From Guillardia theta CCMP2712 (taxonomy: Eukaryota; Protista; Cryptophyta): a DNA stretch of 64,000 nucleotides. Both the position numbers and the translations under genes were made by a program. Numbering within the stretch: the first letter of the stretch is position 1; the number at the start of each line of letters is the position of its first letter. The stretch covers positions 480,936-544,935 of the forward strand of contig NW_005434647.1 in assembly GCF_000315625.1 (NCBI RefSeq). The letters are read 5' to 3'. Positions 32,981 to 45,837 of the stretch are shown here, piece by piece. The notes under the pieces are model-generated. The model made no database searches. It was given only the letters and a program-made list of their open reading frames with translations, and had not been told where the DNA came from.

Positions 32981-35900
32981 TCAAAACCTCTTGGTTATTA
33001 GTAACACTAGCAGACCTTTTCTCTTCAGGCCCTTGCCAGACCCGCTCGACTCCGTAGACCTGAAGTCGAGTAAGACTTGTTCCAACTCCCGCCGCTCTCT
33101 CGCACTCACTTGATAAGCGACAACACGGCAGCAGCAGCAGGCGTCTCACTAGACCTTCCTCCTGCTCCCTCCTCCTTGTCCTCCTTGGCCCTCAACAGCA
33201 GGGAACCAGCGATCTTGCTCAGAGACGCGTCAAGGTGCTTCACTCGGTTCGCGACCGCATCAATCTTCTCCGAGCGGCTGCCGAAGTCTTCGACGTCTCT
33301 CTTGACTTGCTCCTTGGACGAGACAAACTCCTTGCGCAGCGCATGAAAGTCGAACCCTCTCTGCATCCTGCTGAGCTTCGCCTTTCGCTTCCTCCTCCAC
33401 CACAAGGAGATGATGTTGACAGCGCACTGATGCAACCTCACCCGCGCCGTCTCGCGCCCCAGCACTCCCAGAGCTGTATGCTCGGAAGAGGAGAAGGTGA
33501 TCAGATTCCCCAGGGCCGCGGCTGCGATCGACGTCAGCAAGATGCCGAAGAGCATGGCGATGGCAGCGACGCATCTGCCGAAGTGAGTGGTCGCTATGGT
33601 GCCGTTCCCAGCTCCCGGGGTGATGGTGGTGAAGATGAACCAGCAGGCGTTGAGGAAGTACATGTCGTTGAACTTGTAGTACTCGTCGCCGTTGATCGAC
33701 CAGACCTTGGCCGTCTCGCTCTCACACCTTACGTTCTTCACGTTGGGGAAAAGACACGCGGTCGCTTCTGCATTGCGAAACAGATACCCCCCGACAAAGA
33801 CCACGAAGGTCCACAGGAACGCGAGGTAGTAGATGGCACTCCAGCTGTTGAGCATGCGCTTGAGCACGAAGGAGGTGTCAAACTTGACGCCCGTGAAGGA
33901 GCCGATCGAGTGCTTGCTCGGGATGTCACTCACCATCCAGTCCGCGATCACCCGCCACAACAAGTAAACCCGAATGATGTTCCATGAGCAGAAGACAGTC
34001 TCTGCCTGGTAGAGCACGTAATTGCCCATCGTATTGCTTCCCAGCTCAAACGTCGTGAAAGGCGGCAGGTGGAGGCCGACGACGATCATTTCAACCCACA
34101 GCAGAGGATCGTCGAGCACGTGGGAGACGCTGATGATGTAGTCGAAGTGAGCTCCGTGATGAAGGTGCTTGACGAGTCGCCTGATGAGGACTTGAGTCCA
34201 GTAGATGCGGTAGATGAACACCTGCTACCAGTCAGCAGCAACACATGAGCACAACCAGCCTCTCACCAAGCACCCCACCGTCGATAGAGAGCTCAGCCCC
34301 TTCATCACGTCCATGGCGGGCGTGTGAGGCTCCAGCCCGGCAAAGACCAACTCGTTCTCTACGATTGCAAAGAGAGTGCCGAGCATGCCAAAAAGAGCTG
34401 CAAGCATCCGATTGCGACGTAACAAGTCGTCCACCAATTTGCGATTCTTCTTCCAGTCATGTTTCGCAGGCATGAAATCTTTCATGATTGCTATCAGACT
34501 TGAAAGTTTTCGCTGCATCTGCACGGCCGAGGATCTCCTTCTAAGTCGGTGGTGTTGCGGTTTGGTTTGCGTCTTGGCTTCAGTCTCCATCAAGAGCTCT
34601 TCAATCTCTTCTTGGCACTGAGGTCGATTGCATTCAAGAGGAAAGATCCGGCACTTCAATACATCAGATATCTCACACAGTCGTTTGGTCTTAGCTACGA
34701 TGAGGTCTAGCTTTGATTTCTCTGCCATGCAGTCTTCTGTGTGAACATTGGCTGCATTCTTTGTTGTTTTGAAGATCTGTTTGAGCTGAAACAAAGAATC
34801 TTTCTTGTTTTTCTTGGCGATCCCTTTCCTTGCCATCAACCAAGCCTTGAGGAAAGTAGCGGAGTGTTTCGACAAGTTCTTCCAGGCCTTTTCGCGGGCG
34901 ACCATGAGCATGGCCGACTCTTCTTCAGCTGAGAACTGCAGGCGATGCATGAGAGAGGAGGTCAGCATCGCCACCATCACCAGCCCGATCACCGACGTCA
35001 TGGCCGCCACTATCCTTCCAGCGTGAGTGGTGGAGGTGATGTCTCCGAAGCCAACGGTGGTGGAGGCTTGGAACATGGACCAGAGGGCGTTCTGGAGGTA
35101 GGGGTCGTTCACCTTCGTGAAGTAGTTCGGTTGCCCGCTCAGGGAGCCTGCTCCGAAGTCGATGATCCACCTCTTGGCGTTGTCGTTGCCGCAGTTGGGG
35201 TTCTTGCTGGTTCCAAACTGACAGGCTGTCAGCTCCACAGCTCTGAACCAGTACCCGCTGATGAGCAAGAGAATGAGCCAGAGGATCGCAATGAAGTGAA
35301 CCGCGTATCTGCCGTTAAGCAGCAGTTTGATGGTGAAGGCTGAGTTCAGTTGGATTCTTGTGAAACTCGCGACTGTGTGTCTTCGTGGGAGTTTGCCGAG
35401 CACCCATTCTCGAAAGCAACCCCAGAAGAGGAACACTCTCAACACGTTGATCGCTGCTCCCAGCGTCTCTGCCCGGTACACAAGGAAGTTGTTCCAGTTC
35501 ATCATGGGGATCTCAAACGTCACAAAGGGAGGGATGTGAAAAAGAATAAAGAGCGTTTCTGCCCAGAAGGAGGCGTCCTGGAGGATGCAGCTAGGGGGCA
35601 CATGGATGTCCAGCTCGTGAAGGATTCGAAGATGTCTCAAAATGCGACTGAAGAGCTCATCGAGCCAAAATCGTCGATACAGAAAGCCTGCACAACAACG
35701 AGGTCAGAGAATCACAGGAGAATACCCTTGGAAGAGAGTGTCTCACCTATCGCTATACATGTAAGAATGGTGTTGATAGCCTTGAGAGTGTTGACAAACA
35801 CGTGCTGCGGATCAGTTCCTCGAATGATCAACTCATTCTGGGCGCAGGCAAATATGGCTCCAGTGAATCCGAAGATCGCTGAGTTCAAGTTGCTCCAGTA

Positions 35901-36470
35901 CATCCGGACCTCCACTTTGTCTCTGCTCCGACGCCAATCGGAGACGAATGCTGTTCCCGCACCAGACCCAGCGCTCCACTCACCCAGACTTTGTCGTCTC
36001 GACCCTCGACGACTGACCCCAAGAGCCTTCAGCTTCTCCTGGACTTCCGAATGAAGTTTCATCATGCTGTCCCTGCGCTCCCTGTTTCTTTCTAACTTCT
36101 TGGAGTCTCTTTGCAGCTCGAAATCCAAGTCTTCAGACTCAACTTGGAGTTCATCGTCTTGTACCGTCTCAACGAAAGGATCGTTCGCCGGTAAGTTTGG
36201 ATCTTGAAACGAATTCTCTTTGACAAGCAAGTCATGGTTTCTAGGTGAGAGGACCTGGACAGTGTCATCACTGCTGTTGGACCCATTCGCGGCGCTGGCG
36301 GCTGAGTTTGAAGGGAAGAAAGGAGTGCTCAATCGAGACATCACCCCTCTCGGTGCTGTCCATGTCATTCGCCTTGGACGGTCTGCGCTCTTGTCGTCCT
36401 CCTTGTCACCGCCCTCTGCGTTGCTGACCGCATTGGTACTCATTCGCTTTCCATAGAAGACGGAGGGCAT
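32981..36470 (-). CDS. Tandem two-repeat (2x6TM) SK/KCNN-like potassium channel
   Basis: ORFs 35712-36500, 34225-35640 and 33106-34221 are joined in frame by short introns (e.g. 34222-34266). There are two homologous units, each with an S1 (A..G..G..FA...NEL), HxPPF, a 6TM core, pore and post-S6 basic helix. Pore 1 is STTVGFGD. Confidence 0.85.
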
Positions 36471-37857
36471 CTTGAAAGACTCGTATCCGTTGCTTCGCAA
36501 ATTATGAAAACCAATCGATATGATTTACGAGCAATGGTGGGGTATGAAATCTCATGAATTAGACCTTGCAAAGCTACATGTGAAAAGCAGCAGAGGAATC
36601 AAAATCCTCGACGCCCTCAATGGTATTGAAAATCCGAAAGCTGTTCATGCTGCAATGGTAATCTGATTTGTTTGATGTTCTTCCTGGCCAAATAAGCTTG
36701 ATACAAGTGCTTTCTGAGTCCTTCAGTGTCTTCTTTTACTTCCTATGGATCTCTTCCTTCCCGACTGATTTGTCGTTTGGGCGTCAACCTCTTCTTGCTC
36801 CTGCTCCTATTCGTGCTCCTTTGCATGGTAGCTTCCCTGGCTCTTGGTCAACTTCCCCATTGTTCTTCCCATTCTCCTGCTCCTGCCTCTGAGCCGGTTT
36901 GTCTTCTTCTGCGCCTGCTTCTGCTATGCCACAGGATACTTGCGCTTAAACTCCAACGCTAGGTTTGCTCTGGCTCCTCCAGGACTTGACGTGACTGTTG
37001 CTGCTCTCTCGCGTTTCCCTGGCTGCATCGACTATTACTGACATGGAAGTTATTGCTTGTATAAGTTTTTTAACGCACTGTACCCCCACCAGGAAATCCG
37101 GACCCACCCCTCCTACTCCATGACCTACAACCGAAAGGGCTCGATGGATGGACCCTTCCCAGGGTCCCCAACCCGCAGGCTCTGATGAGTCTGGTGGTAT
37201 CAGCACTACTACACCAGGGGGTACCAGTAGCGCGGCAGTCCTCTATGGCCCTACCTATTCTCCCAAAGGCACTGTACGGTACAGACACGACCTGGCAACG
37301 AGGGTGCTACTTCCGGAGTACCGGTCATTGGTCATAGCAACTACCCCTCAGGGACCCTGGCGATCACGCAATCAGAGCCCCAAGTTTACTAACCCTACCC
37401 CCAGCTGTTACCATACAGGGCCTAGCCTTTTACAATACAGGACCGGGTACTGTAACCTGTGACTACCAGGGTGGCCAACTACCCCCCACCCGTCGGGCAG
37501 GCCGAGTGATGAGAGTAGCCGGGCTCACAGGCTGAAGGCTTTGCAGTTTAAAAATGTTTAGTATACTTAAATAGTTTTACGTGAAATCTTTGTGATGACC
37601 CCCCCCGAGCCCCTCCCAGAGTGGGGTCGCGGTACTCACTGATAGAGACATATGACGGTTGAAAGAAGGGGTACTGAACTGCTGACAGCCCGAAGTAAAG
37701 TGAATTCTCTAAAAGATTCGACCAGGTACTAGAGTACAATTTTATAAGCCAGTATCTCGTTTTTGAATCCTTGTGAGTGCTGCTACCACGGTAAAATACT
37801 CATTCACTCAAAGTTAAGTTAAAAACCAGTAAATACTCGGTTCAACCTACCAACTTC

Positions 37858-38350
37858 GTTTACTCAAAGTTAAGCCTGAAGTTCAATTTCGAACCCAGTG
37901 GTGCAGTGCAGGATCAGTGATGCGTTGCGCTTTCTGTGGTGGCTGGCGGATCGCTTGGCCGCAACAAGGAAACGACAGCAGCAGTCCGGTCCACTGGATC
38001 TCACTGTTCGTCCCGCCGCACAGCGACATTGCTGGCCCACGGTGGCCGGGGCCGCCCGGCGGCATGGCGCGCCGGGGGAATTGTCCTGCAATGTGCGCAC
38101 GCCCGGCCGGTTACTAAGTGAAGGTATCACGGCGGCGGTCTCAGGCCGGGCTTTCTTTTCTCTTCTCCGACTCGGCCGGCGCCGTTTGGCCTGTGCGTGC
38201 GGCCGCAGTCTGAGGGTCAAGGCCTCACTGACTGACAGTGAGTCATTCCGAGTTCGGACCGTGGACTGGCAGGCTCCTGATCCGATCGGATCCGATGATC
38301 AGTGTCCTGGTACAGCCGGTGACTCAGTCTTTACTTAACTTTGAGTAAAC
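37858..38350. mobile_element. Candidate MITE-like element with 17-bp terminal inverted repeats
   Basis: GTTTACTCAAAGTTAAG at 37858-37874 and its exact reverse complement at 38334-38350. TTC flanks both ends (37855-57 and 38351-53). No coding capacity. Confidence 0.45.
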
Positions 38351-38509
38351 TTCCGGGCCACGGTTGGGCCGCCGCCGACGGTCACCCGGTGACAGTCAGT
38401 CCGAGGCAGGCCCGGGCCGGGCCGACGGTGCCCGGTACCGGGTACTCGATGGCGCGGGCCTCGGGTCCCCCCCCACCCCCGCCCGTCCCGGCCCGGCCGC
38501 CGCCGCGCC

Positions 38510-38609
38510 NNNNNNNNNNNNNNNNNNNNNNNNNNNNNNNNNNNNNNNNNNNNNNNNNNNNNNNNNNNNNNNNNNNNNNNNNNNNNNNNNNNNNNNNNNN
38601 NNNNNNNNN
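38510..38609. other. Assembly gap (100 N) inside a GC-rich island
   Basis: Run of N flanked by GC-rich repeats. Confidence 0.99.
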
Positions 38610-39199
38610 AAAATTGCCCTACTACCTGTTCGTCCATCCAGTAGTGTTGACCGTTGTTAATATCTGCGGAGAAAGGCCTAGCACTGGCGTAAGGAACAGT
38701 GATTCGGAGTCTTAAATGTGAGATCTGAGACCTCCCCCCACCACCCCCCTCCCCTCACCGGGCCCCGGGCGCCGCCCTGGCCCGCGCGGTGGCCCAGTGG
38801 GCCGGGCCCGGCGCCGCCCTGGCCCGCGCGGTGGCCCGGGCCGGGCCCGGCCGGTACGGCTGAGTGGCGGGGGCCCCGGCCTTTCACCCCACCCCCTCCA
38901 CATCCTTTTTCCGCAATGTCCGGACCCCCCTCTTGACCATTCTTGCTTCCTTCCAACCACCCCCCTAATTCACAGTCGTCACATAAAACAACCTTGCTTG
39001 ATCCAATCGGTCCTAGCAGGGTTCTAGAAGCTTTCTAGAGAATAATATCATCATAAGAAAACTGGTCTTAGGAATAGGACTACTAGGACCGTCCTATCCA
39101 CCAGCCCCCATTCTGCTGTTTATGGTGCGCGCTGTCATGGAGTTTGCGGGCTTCTTGTCCTCCTCCCCTTCCTCATCCTGGGCTGTCTCTGGGCGGACA

Positions 39200-39914
39200 A
39201 TGGTGGCAATTCCTCTAGCTATGGTGCTGTGCCTTGCTGCCTGCCCCATGCAGGCCAACGCCTTTGCGTTTCCTGCAGTTCCTACATTACCATCAAGGAG
39301 TGCTGGTAGCAATGGCATGTCATTTCGGAACAGGTCCCCAGCACTTCGCATGGTGGACACTATGGGAGAGGAAAAATCAAAAGTCAAAAATGTTGAAGAG
39401 GTGACAAAGAAGTGGGGCCTGGAAGCAGGTCTCTTCACTGCACTAACGTGAGATATCATCGTGTTGTGATATGAAAACTGACTTTTGGAAAGCAACAAGA
39501 ACAAGGAAGGGCCAGACGCAAAGCAGCTCTTGGCAAAATATGGTTCTGCATACTTGCTGACATCCATTTCTCTTTCACTTGTCTCTTTTGGAATTTGCTA
39601 TGTAAGCATTTTGTTTTGTTGCCTGTTGAATTGGATGACTGTTTTCAGGTTTTGGTCGACAACGGGGTTGATGTGGCCGCTTTATTGTCCAAGGTTGGAA
39701 TCACAGCCAATGGAAACACGGAGACTGCTGGGACTGTTGCTATTGCCTATGCAGCGCACAAGGCTGCTTCACCCATTCGGTTTCCTCCCACTGTTGCTCT
39801 GACGCCGTTGACAGCCAAGGTACACTCGTTGTCTTGGCTTTGATTTGAATGACATTGCTTCTGCAGTACTTGTTTAACAAGAAGGTTGAAGACTCTTCAG
39901 ATGAGCAGCAATAA
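39200..39914 (+). CDS. Plastid-targeted DUF1279/FAM210-like membrane protein
   Basis: Signal peptide ending MQANA-F followed by an S/R-rich transit peptide. Core motifs KKWGLEAGLF, AKQLLAKYGSAYLLTSISLS and AIAYAAHKAASPIRFPPTVALTP. Confidence 0.88.
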
Positions 39915-40083
39915 CCCGTCATCCTTGACGACTTGTAGCAGAACACTGTTTCAGTAAACGGACCTCGCACCTTGCGCAGACTCACTCAATTTTTCTGTGC
40001 ATATTGGAAGAAACATGGGCCAATATTTGTGAGTGAGACAGAATCATACTATGCAAACTCTTGCATTGAATGTGGGCGATCAT

Positions 40084-41643
40084 TCAAGCTTCTTTGTGCC
40101 AAAAGTCTGATCGTTTAGAATGACCAGGAGTCACAACGCTTGGAAGACCAACTCCCTGCTTGTGAGCGATCAGACTGAAAAGCGAACAGGAGTTGTGGGA
40201 GAATACGCACCTTGGCCACTGATGACAAGACGTTCCATCCTCGTAGAAGTTCATGCTGAAGCTCCGACTCAATTTTCAACGCCTGAAAATTATCACATAA
40301 TCAACAACCGCAGTTCGCTCGTCTTCAATCTCAACCTCCTCCTCGCTCGTATCCACGTATGTCCTGTTGAAGAGTTGTTTGGCACCTGGCAAGCTCTGCC
40401 GTCATGCAAGCTTCCTCGACCTCCTCATTCACACGACGACCTGCCACAGCATCTGGCGATTGATTCGAAAGAGTTTCGCAGAAGGCCATTGCTTCCTCGA
40501 ATGGATCATCACAGAGCTGCAAAATCTAATCAGCAACACAATCAAACACACAAACGTCGAGACCTTGGTAACCAAACCCAAAGACTGATGACATTTAGGT
40601 CATGAAACGTGTCCATCAAAACTTCCCACAAATCATGTTTCCTACCTTTGCCTCTTGTGCGTCAAAAATCCTTGCTGTCATCGTGAGTTCCTTTGCCACA
40701 TCAATGGGCACCTAAAGATCCTTGTGATGACATGGACATGTGCGTTCAACCAATTTACTACCAGCTCTCTCAAGGTGATTGTGGCTGACATGTCAGGCAC
40801 CAACCCCCATTTTCCCTCCATGATGCTGAATTTGCAGCTCTTGTCAGAAAATCTGCAAATTCCCCCTTAAAATTTGATGGTAGGAGAGAAAAATGCTGCA
40901 TCCGACCTGAAATCAGCTCCAAGAGCTATCTGGAACCCGCCCCCGAAACATACTCCATGAGTTACCTGTGTAAACTTCAGCTAAACGAAATACACGCTTA
41001 TCCTCGTATCACAGCAATGACAGGTGCAGGAACTTGTCTCCATAAGTATCCAACATCCTGCCATCAAGAAAACAAAGTGATTCGATGGTCAGGAGATGAA
41101 GGGGCAGGTGATACTTGTGCCAGGTTGGACAGTTTGCCTTCAGGGCGCTGCATTAGCTTTCGGATGGATTCTACAGACTAGAAGTAATTAAGCTTTGACT
41201 GAACACTTCAAAATTACCTTTAGAGGATTTGTGATGATAGACTTGACGTCCAAACCAGAGCAAAATGCCCGACCAGCACCTCTCAATACCACGACTCGCG
41301 TTTCTCTATCTTTTGCTACATCTTCGGCGGCCTTGGCGATTGCACGAAACATGTTGAGGTCCAGAGCATTGAGCTTATCTGGGCGAGAGAGTGTAACGAC
41401 AGTGGCGTAGGATCCGTTCTTCAAGGTTCTGCGTTCCAGGATGAGAGGCTCGTCCTCCTGTGCGGCGGTTGAGAGCGTTCGCCTTGGAGCAAAGAGCACG
41501 GAGGCAGGGGTCGAGGAGCATCGCACAGCACAATGAGCAGCGCGAGGGCTCGAGGAGAGGAAGAGACCAGAGGAGTGAGGAAGTGAGCTGCTCCACAAGC
41601 CAGCAGCATGCGGCCTGGTGCTGATGCGCCTAAACCCCAGCAT
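40084..41643 (-). CDS. Mitochondrial enoyl-CoA hydratase/isomerase (crotonase family)
   Basis: R/S-rich presequence MLGFRRISTRPH, then VTLSRPDKLNALD..RVVVLRGAGRAFCSGLD, and later exons with MEGKWGLVPDMS and NQSPDAVA. Confidence 0.9.
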
Positions 41644-41742
41644 TATGCAGTCGCTGCACCTTTCCGCAGCGAGCCCGCGCCGGGGAAGTGCTATGCGTAC
41701 ATAAGTGGCAGGTGAGGGCTGGAGGAGGGAGGGGAAGGAGGA

Positions 41743-42485
41743 ATGGGGCTGCGAGACAACTTGCGACTGGCGTCGATAGTATGGAAGGAGTTCTGGGGTT
41801 ATGGGCAGAAGGTGAGACGACAATGGGAGAGAGCATGCGCGGCTGAATGATCCATGCAGGAGTATGAAGCTCTCAAGCTGAAGAATGAACAGATGAGGTC
41901 ACCTCTTGTTGCATGTAAGCATGTAACGCTGCGGGGATTGAGATGTCGGTGCAGACAGAGGCTGAAAGAAATCCAAGAGATGCACAAGAATTTAGACATG
42001 TGGATACTTTCTTTCTTTTGATGTTCATCTTGCTAACATCTCAATGTCAATAGCGAAATCGAGCAGAGGCGTGCTCAGATGCTTCAGATGGCGGCTAGCT
42101 CTCTCAAGGTAAAACCTCCTTGTTTGCTCGCCCTCAACTCAGAGCCTGTGCAAGGATCTTGATGCAAAGATGAACAAAGATCAGCAGGGTGAGATGTTGT
42201 GGCGCAGTCAGCGTATACTAGACAACTGATGATGTTTCTTCGTCAGAAATTTCTCAAACAATGTCCAAAGACCTGGACGACCTGATGTCGAAATTAGAGA
42301 AGCATTCTGCAACGTCCGAGGCTGAGCTTCTTCAGCAGATACAGAGTATGGAAATTGAGGTTCCGAGGAGAGGAGAGAAGAGAGACGCTGCTCCGAGTCC
42401 AAGTGGTTCAGGGTATCAAGGTGTGAACAAGAAAACCAACTCCCCCAAACAGCCTAACAAAGGGAAGAATGAACTGGCCTCTTGA
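41743..42485 (+). CDS. Small hypothetical coiled-coil protein (multi-exon)
   Basis: Spliced MGLRDNLRLASIVWKEFWGYGQK|EYEALKLKNEQMR...MSKDLDDLMSKLEKHSATSEAELLQQIQSMEI with canonical short introns. Confidence 0.55.
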
Positions 42486-43591
42486 ACGGTGAACTCAATA
42501 CATTCGTTAAGCGAGTTTCCGTCCCTTGCTACCTCACTCGAGTCGATCTTTTGGCATCTTTCTGGCCTCGTCTCTACCTTGCAAAGTTCTCATCATCCCT
42601 TCAAAGATTGCTTGCCAGCTGCCTCTTGAGGAGCCATGCTCACAAGCTGCTGCTATCATGAGGATGGCTATGACTGTGCATTCCCAGGAGATGAGCGAAC
42701 AACACTAGAGGAGGGTATGGGACAATTTTGCCAAGTCTCAGAGGGTCCGCCCAGGAGAGGGATAGAGCGACGTGGGATGGTAGTGAAAGGACGAGCATCG
42801 GGGTAGAGAAAGACAAGTCAAGTAAGATGAGAGAAGACCACAGTCTGATATCTTGCTGGAGAGATGAAACAAGACTGGAACACTGACAGTCTGATCTTGT
42901 TTTGAGTGCAGTCAGAGCGATCGAGATTGTAGAATCTCAAGCGGCGGAAGCTTCTATCAGCCAGACTGAAAATTGAGGGGTGGGGGGTGGGTAGAAGACT
43001 AAATGACATGGTGGGTGATCCAGACTTTCTCTCAAAGGTCGCGCCATATTGACCTTTGTACCCACCCAATGAGCATATAAATACACCGGTGTCGCTTGGT
43101 TAAATGGGTCCATTCTAGGGGTAGAAGAAGAAGGGGTGGGGTAGGTCCTCATGGGGTTGTTCCATTTTGATCATCTTCACGTGCGACATGCCAATGTAGC
43201 GATGCCGATTCATGCAATGCCAAGGACGAAGACATGAGGAGGAGAGGACGAGAGGAGTAGAGGAGTGGAGGAAGAGGTCATACGAGACCAGGCTTGACAA
43301 GCAAATGAATAGGAAGGCAAGTAGGTTTTAGGAGAGGAGGGAACCTGACAGGACGAGAGAAAGAGAGGGGGATAAGAAAATCGAAGAGATCAGAAGCACA
43401 GAAGATGACGATGAGAAAATTTTACCATGCACAAGCACAGATTATTGTAGGAGTTTCTCGAAGCATGATTATGAGAGTGAATACTGGGCCAGGATTGACA
43501 GGACAGGCACACGACCTCTAATCTATACAGACTTGTAACATGTTGCAACTTCTCCATCATTTCTGATCTTCCATTGATCTTATTTTTACAG

Positions 43592-45791
43592 ATGAAGAAC
43601 CCAATACCCAGCCAAGAAAAAACAAAAAAGATTGCAGCAGAACAACCCGAGACAACAGGAAAAGAAGAGAAAATCAAACAGAAGAAGCGAAAAAATGAAG
43701 AAAATCAAGGTGAGCCTACCAAGAAGCAGAAGGGGGATGGAACGAAGCTGGTTGTTCTGGACGACAAGGTACAGTACCTCCTGCATGCGCCTCTTCTTGT
43801 GACCTCCAAGTGTATCAGTCCGAAGAGAATCAAGCTGTCGACGGCATCCTGACAGCCCGCAAGTTTGAGGAGCTGAACATCTGCGAGGAGAGCAAGAAGG
43901 GGGTAGCCGATCAAGGCTTCACGTGCATGACGGAGATTCAAGCCAAGACCATTGCTCCCTTGCTCAGTGGCCGTGAGTTGCCTGCAGCTCCCGCGCTCTC
44001 CTGCTCCTTTGACGATCTTGCTGCAGGAGATGTGCTCGCTCAAGCTAAGACTGGCTCCGGCAAAACCCTTGCCTTCCTCCTCCCCTGCATCGAGTTGCTG
44101 TAAGCCCGTCAGCTTGTTTGGCTCCTCTGACCCTCTGCCAGTCATAAGGGTCATTTTGCGCAAAGGAACGGAACTGGAGCAATCGTGCTCGCCCCCACGC
44201 GAGAGCTGGCCCTGCAAACTTACGCTGTGAGCTTTCCCTCCCTCCCTCCCTCCCTCCCTCCCTCCCTCCCTCACTCACTCACTCACTGATTGTTGGGATT
44301 GTTGATTGACACGAGGCGCTGATGATGCCGTGGGGAGCAGGTTGCGCGCGAAACGATGAAGTATCACAATCACACGCACGGAGTGGTCATGGGAGGAGCG
44401 AACAGACGAGCGGAGGCAGAGAAGCTGGTCAAGGGCGTCAACCTCCTCATCGCTACTCCTGGGTCGAAGGTGCTGCTGCCCGAGGCCTCCTGACGCTCCT
44501 GCAGGCGACTTCTGGACCACTTGCAGAACACCAAAGGGTTCATATACAAGAACTTGCAAGTGAGAGAAGAAGCAATGGAGAGGAAGGGAGTGAGGGAGAG
44601 GAAGGGAGCGAGGGAGGGGAATGGAGCTAGGGAACTGGTGGAAAGAGGGAAGAAAGAAGGGGGAAAGGAGAAAGAGAGGGAAAGAAGGAACAGGAAGGAT
44701 GGTGACGCGTCACGAACGCAGGTTCTTATCATCGATGAAGCGGATCGCATCCTGGAGCAGGGGTTTGAGGACGAGATGAGAGAAATCTTGAAGCTCCTCC
44801 CGTCAAATCGACAGAGCATGCTCTTCTCAGCCACCCAGACCTCTAAAGTTGAAGACCTGGCCAGGTTGTCTTTGAGAGGAAAGCCAGGTCAGTAGAGGAG
44901 GAGGAGGAGGAGGAGGAGGAGGAGGAGGAGGAGGAGGAGGAGGAGGAGGAGGAGATGTTGAGACTATACATAGTGATCGTGGGATTGGATGAGTCGAAGA
45001 GCAGTCAGCAGCATTCCAACACAGTCCTGTCAAGCACGCAGCAGGGCTACGTGGTTGTCTCGTCAGAGCTGAGGTTCCGATTGCTCTACACCTTCCTAAA
45101 GAAGAACTTGAATAAGAAGGTCAGAAGCAGCTGCCGCAAGATCCTCTCATGCTGCTGCTGCCCGACAAGCTCTGACGGCCCGCAGGTGCTGGTTTTCTTC
45201 TCCTCCTGCAATGCCGTCAAGTTCTACGCGGAGCTTCTCAACTTCGTCGACATTCCAGTGCTTGACCTGCACGGCAAGCAGAAGCAGCAGAAGCGAACCA
45301 CCACCTTCTTCGAGTTCTGCAACGCTGAAAAGGGGATCCTCCTCTGTACCGATGTTGCTGCTCGAGGACTCGACATCCCAACGGTCACCCTTCCCCCAGC
45401 TCCCTCCCTTCCTCTCCCTCCTCCTCCTACTCCTCCTCTTCCTCCTCCTCCTCCTCCACTCTCTTCTCTCTTCTCTCTCACCGAATTCTTTCCTTTCCTT
45501 TTCCTTCACATTTTCCTCCACATGTCTGTCTCGTCTCAAACCTCCGGCAGGTGGACTGGGTCATCCAATTTGACCCCCCAGACGAGCCCAAGGAATACAT
45601 CCACCGTGTCGGCAGAACAGCTAGAGGAATCAACACACAAGTACGTCCACCACCACCACCACCTCCTCCTCCTCCTCCTCCTCCTGCTCCTCTTCCTCCT
45701 CCTGCTCCTCCTGCTCCTGCTCCTCCTCCTGGTCCTCCTCCTCCTCCTCCTCCTCCTCCTTCTATTCCACCACCACCACCACATCATCATC

Positions 45792-45837
<46 letters not shown>

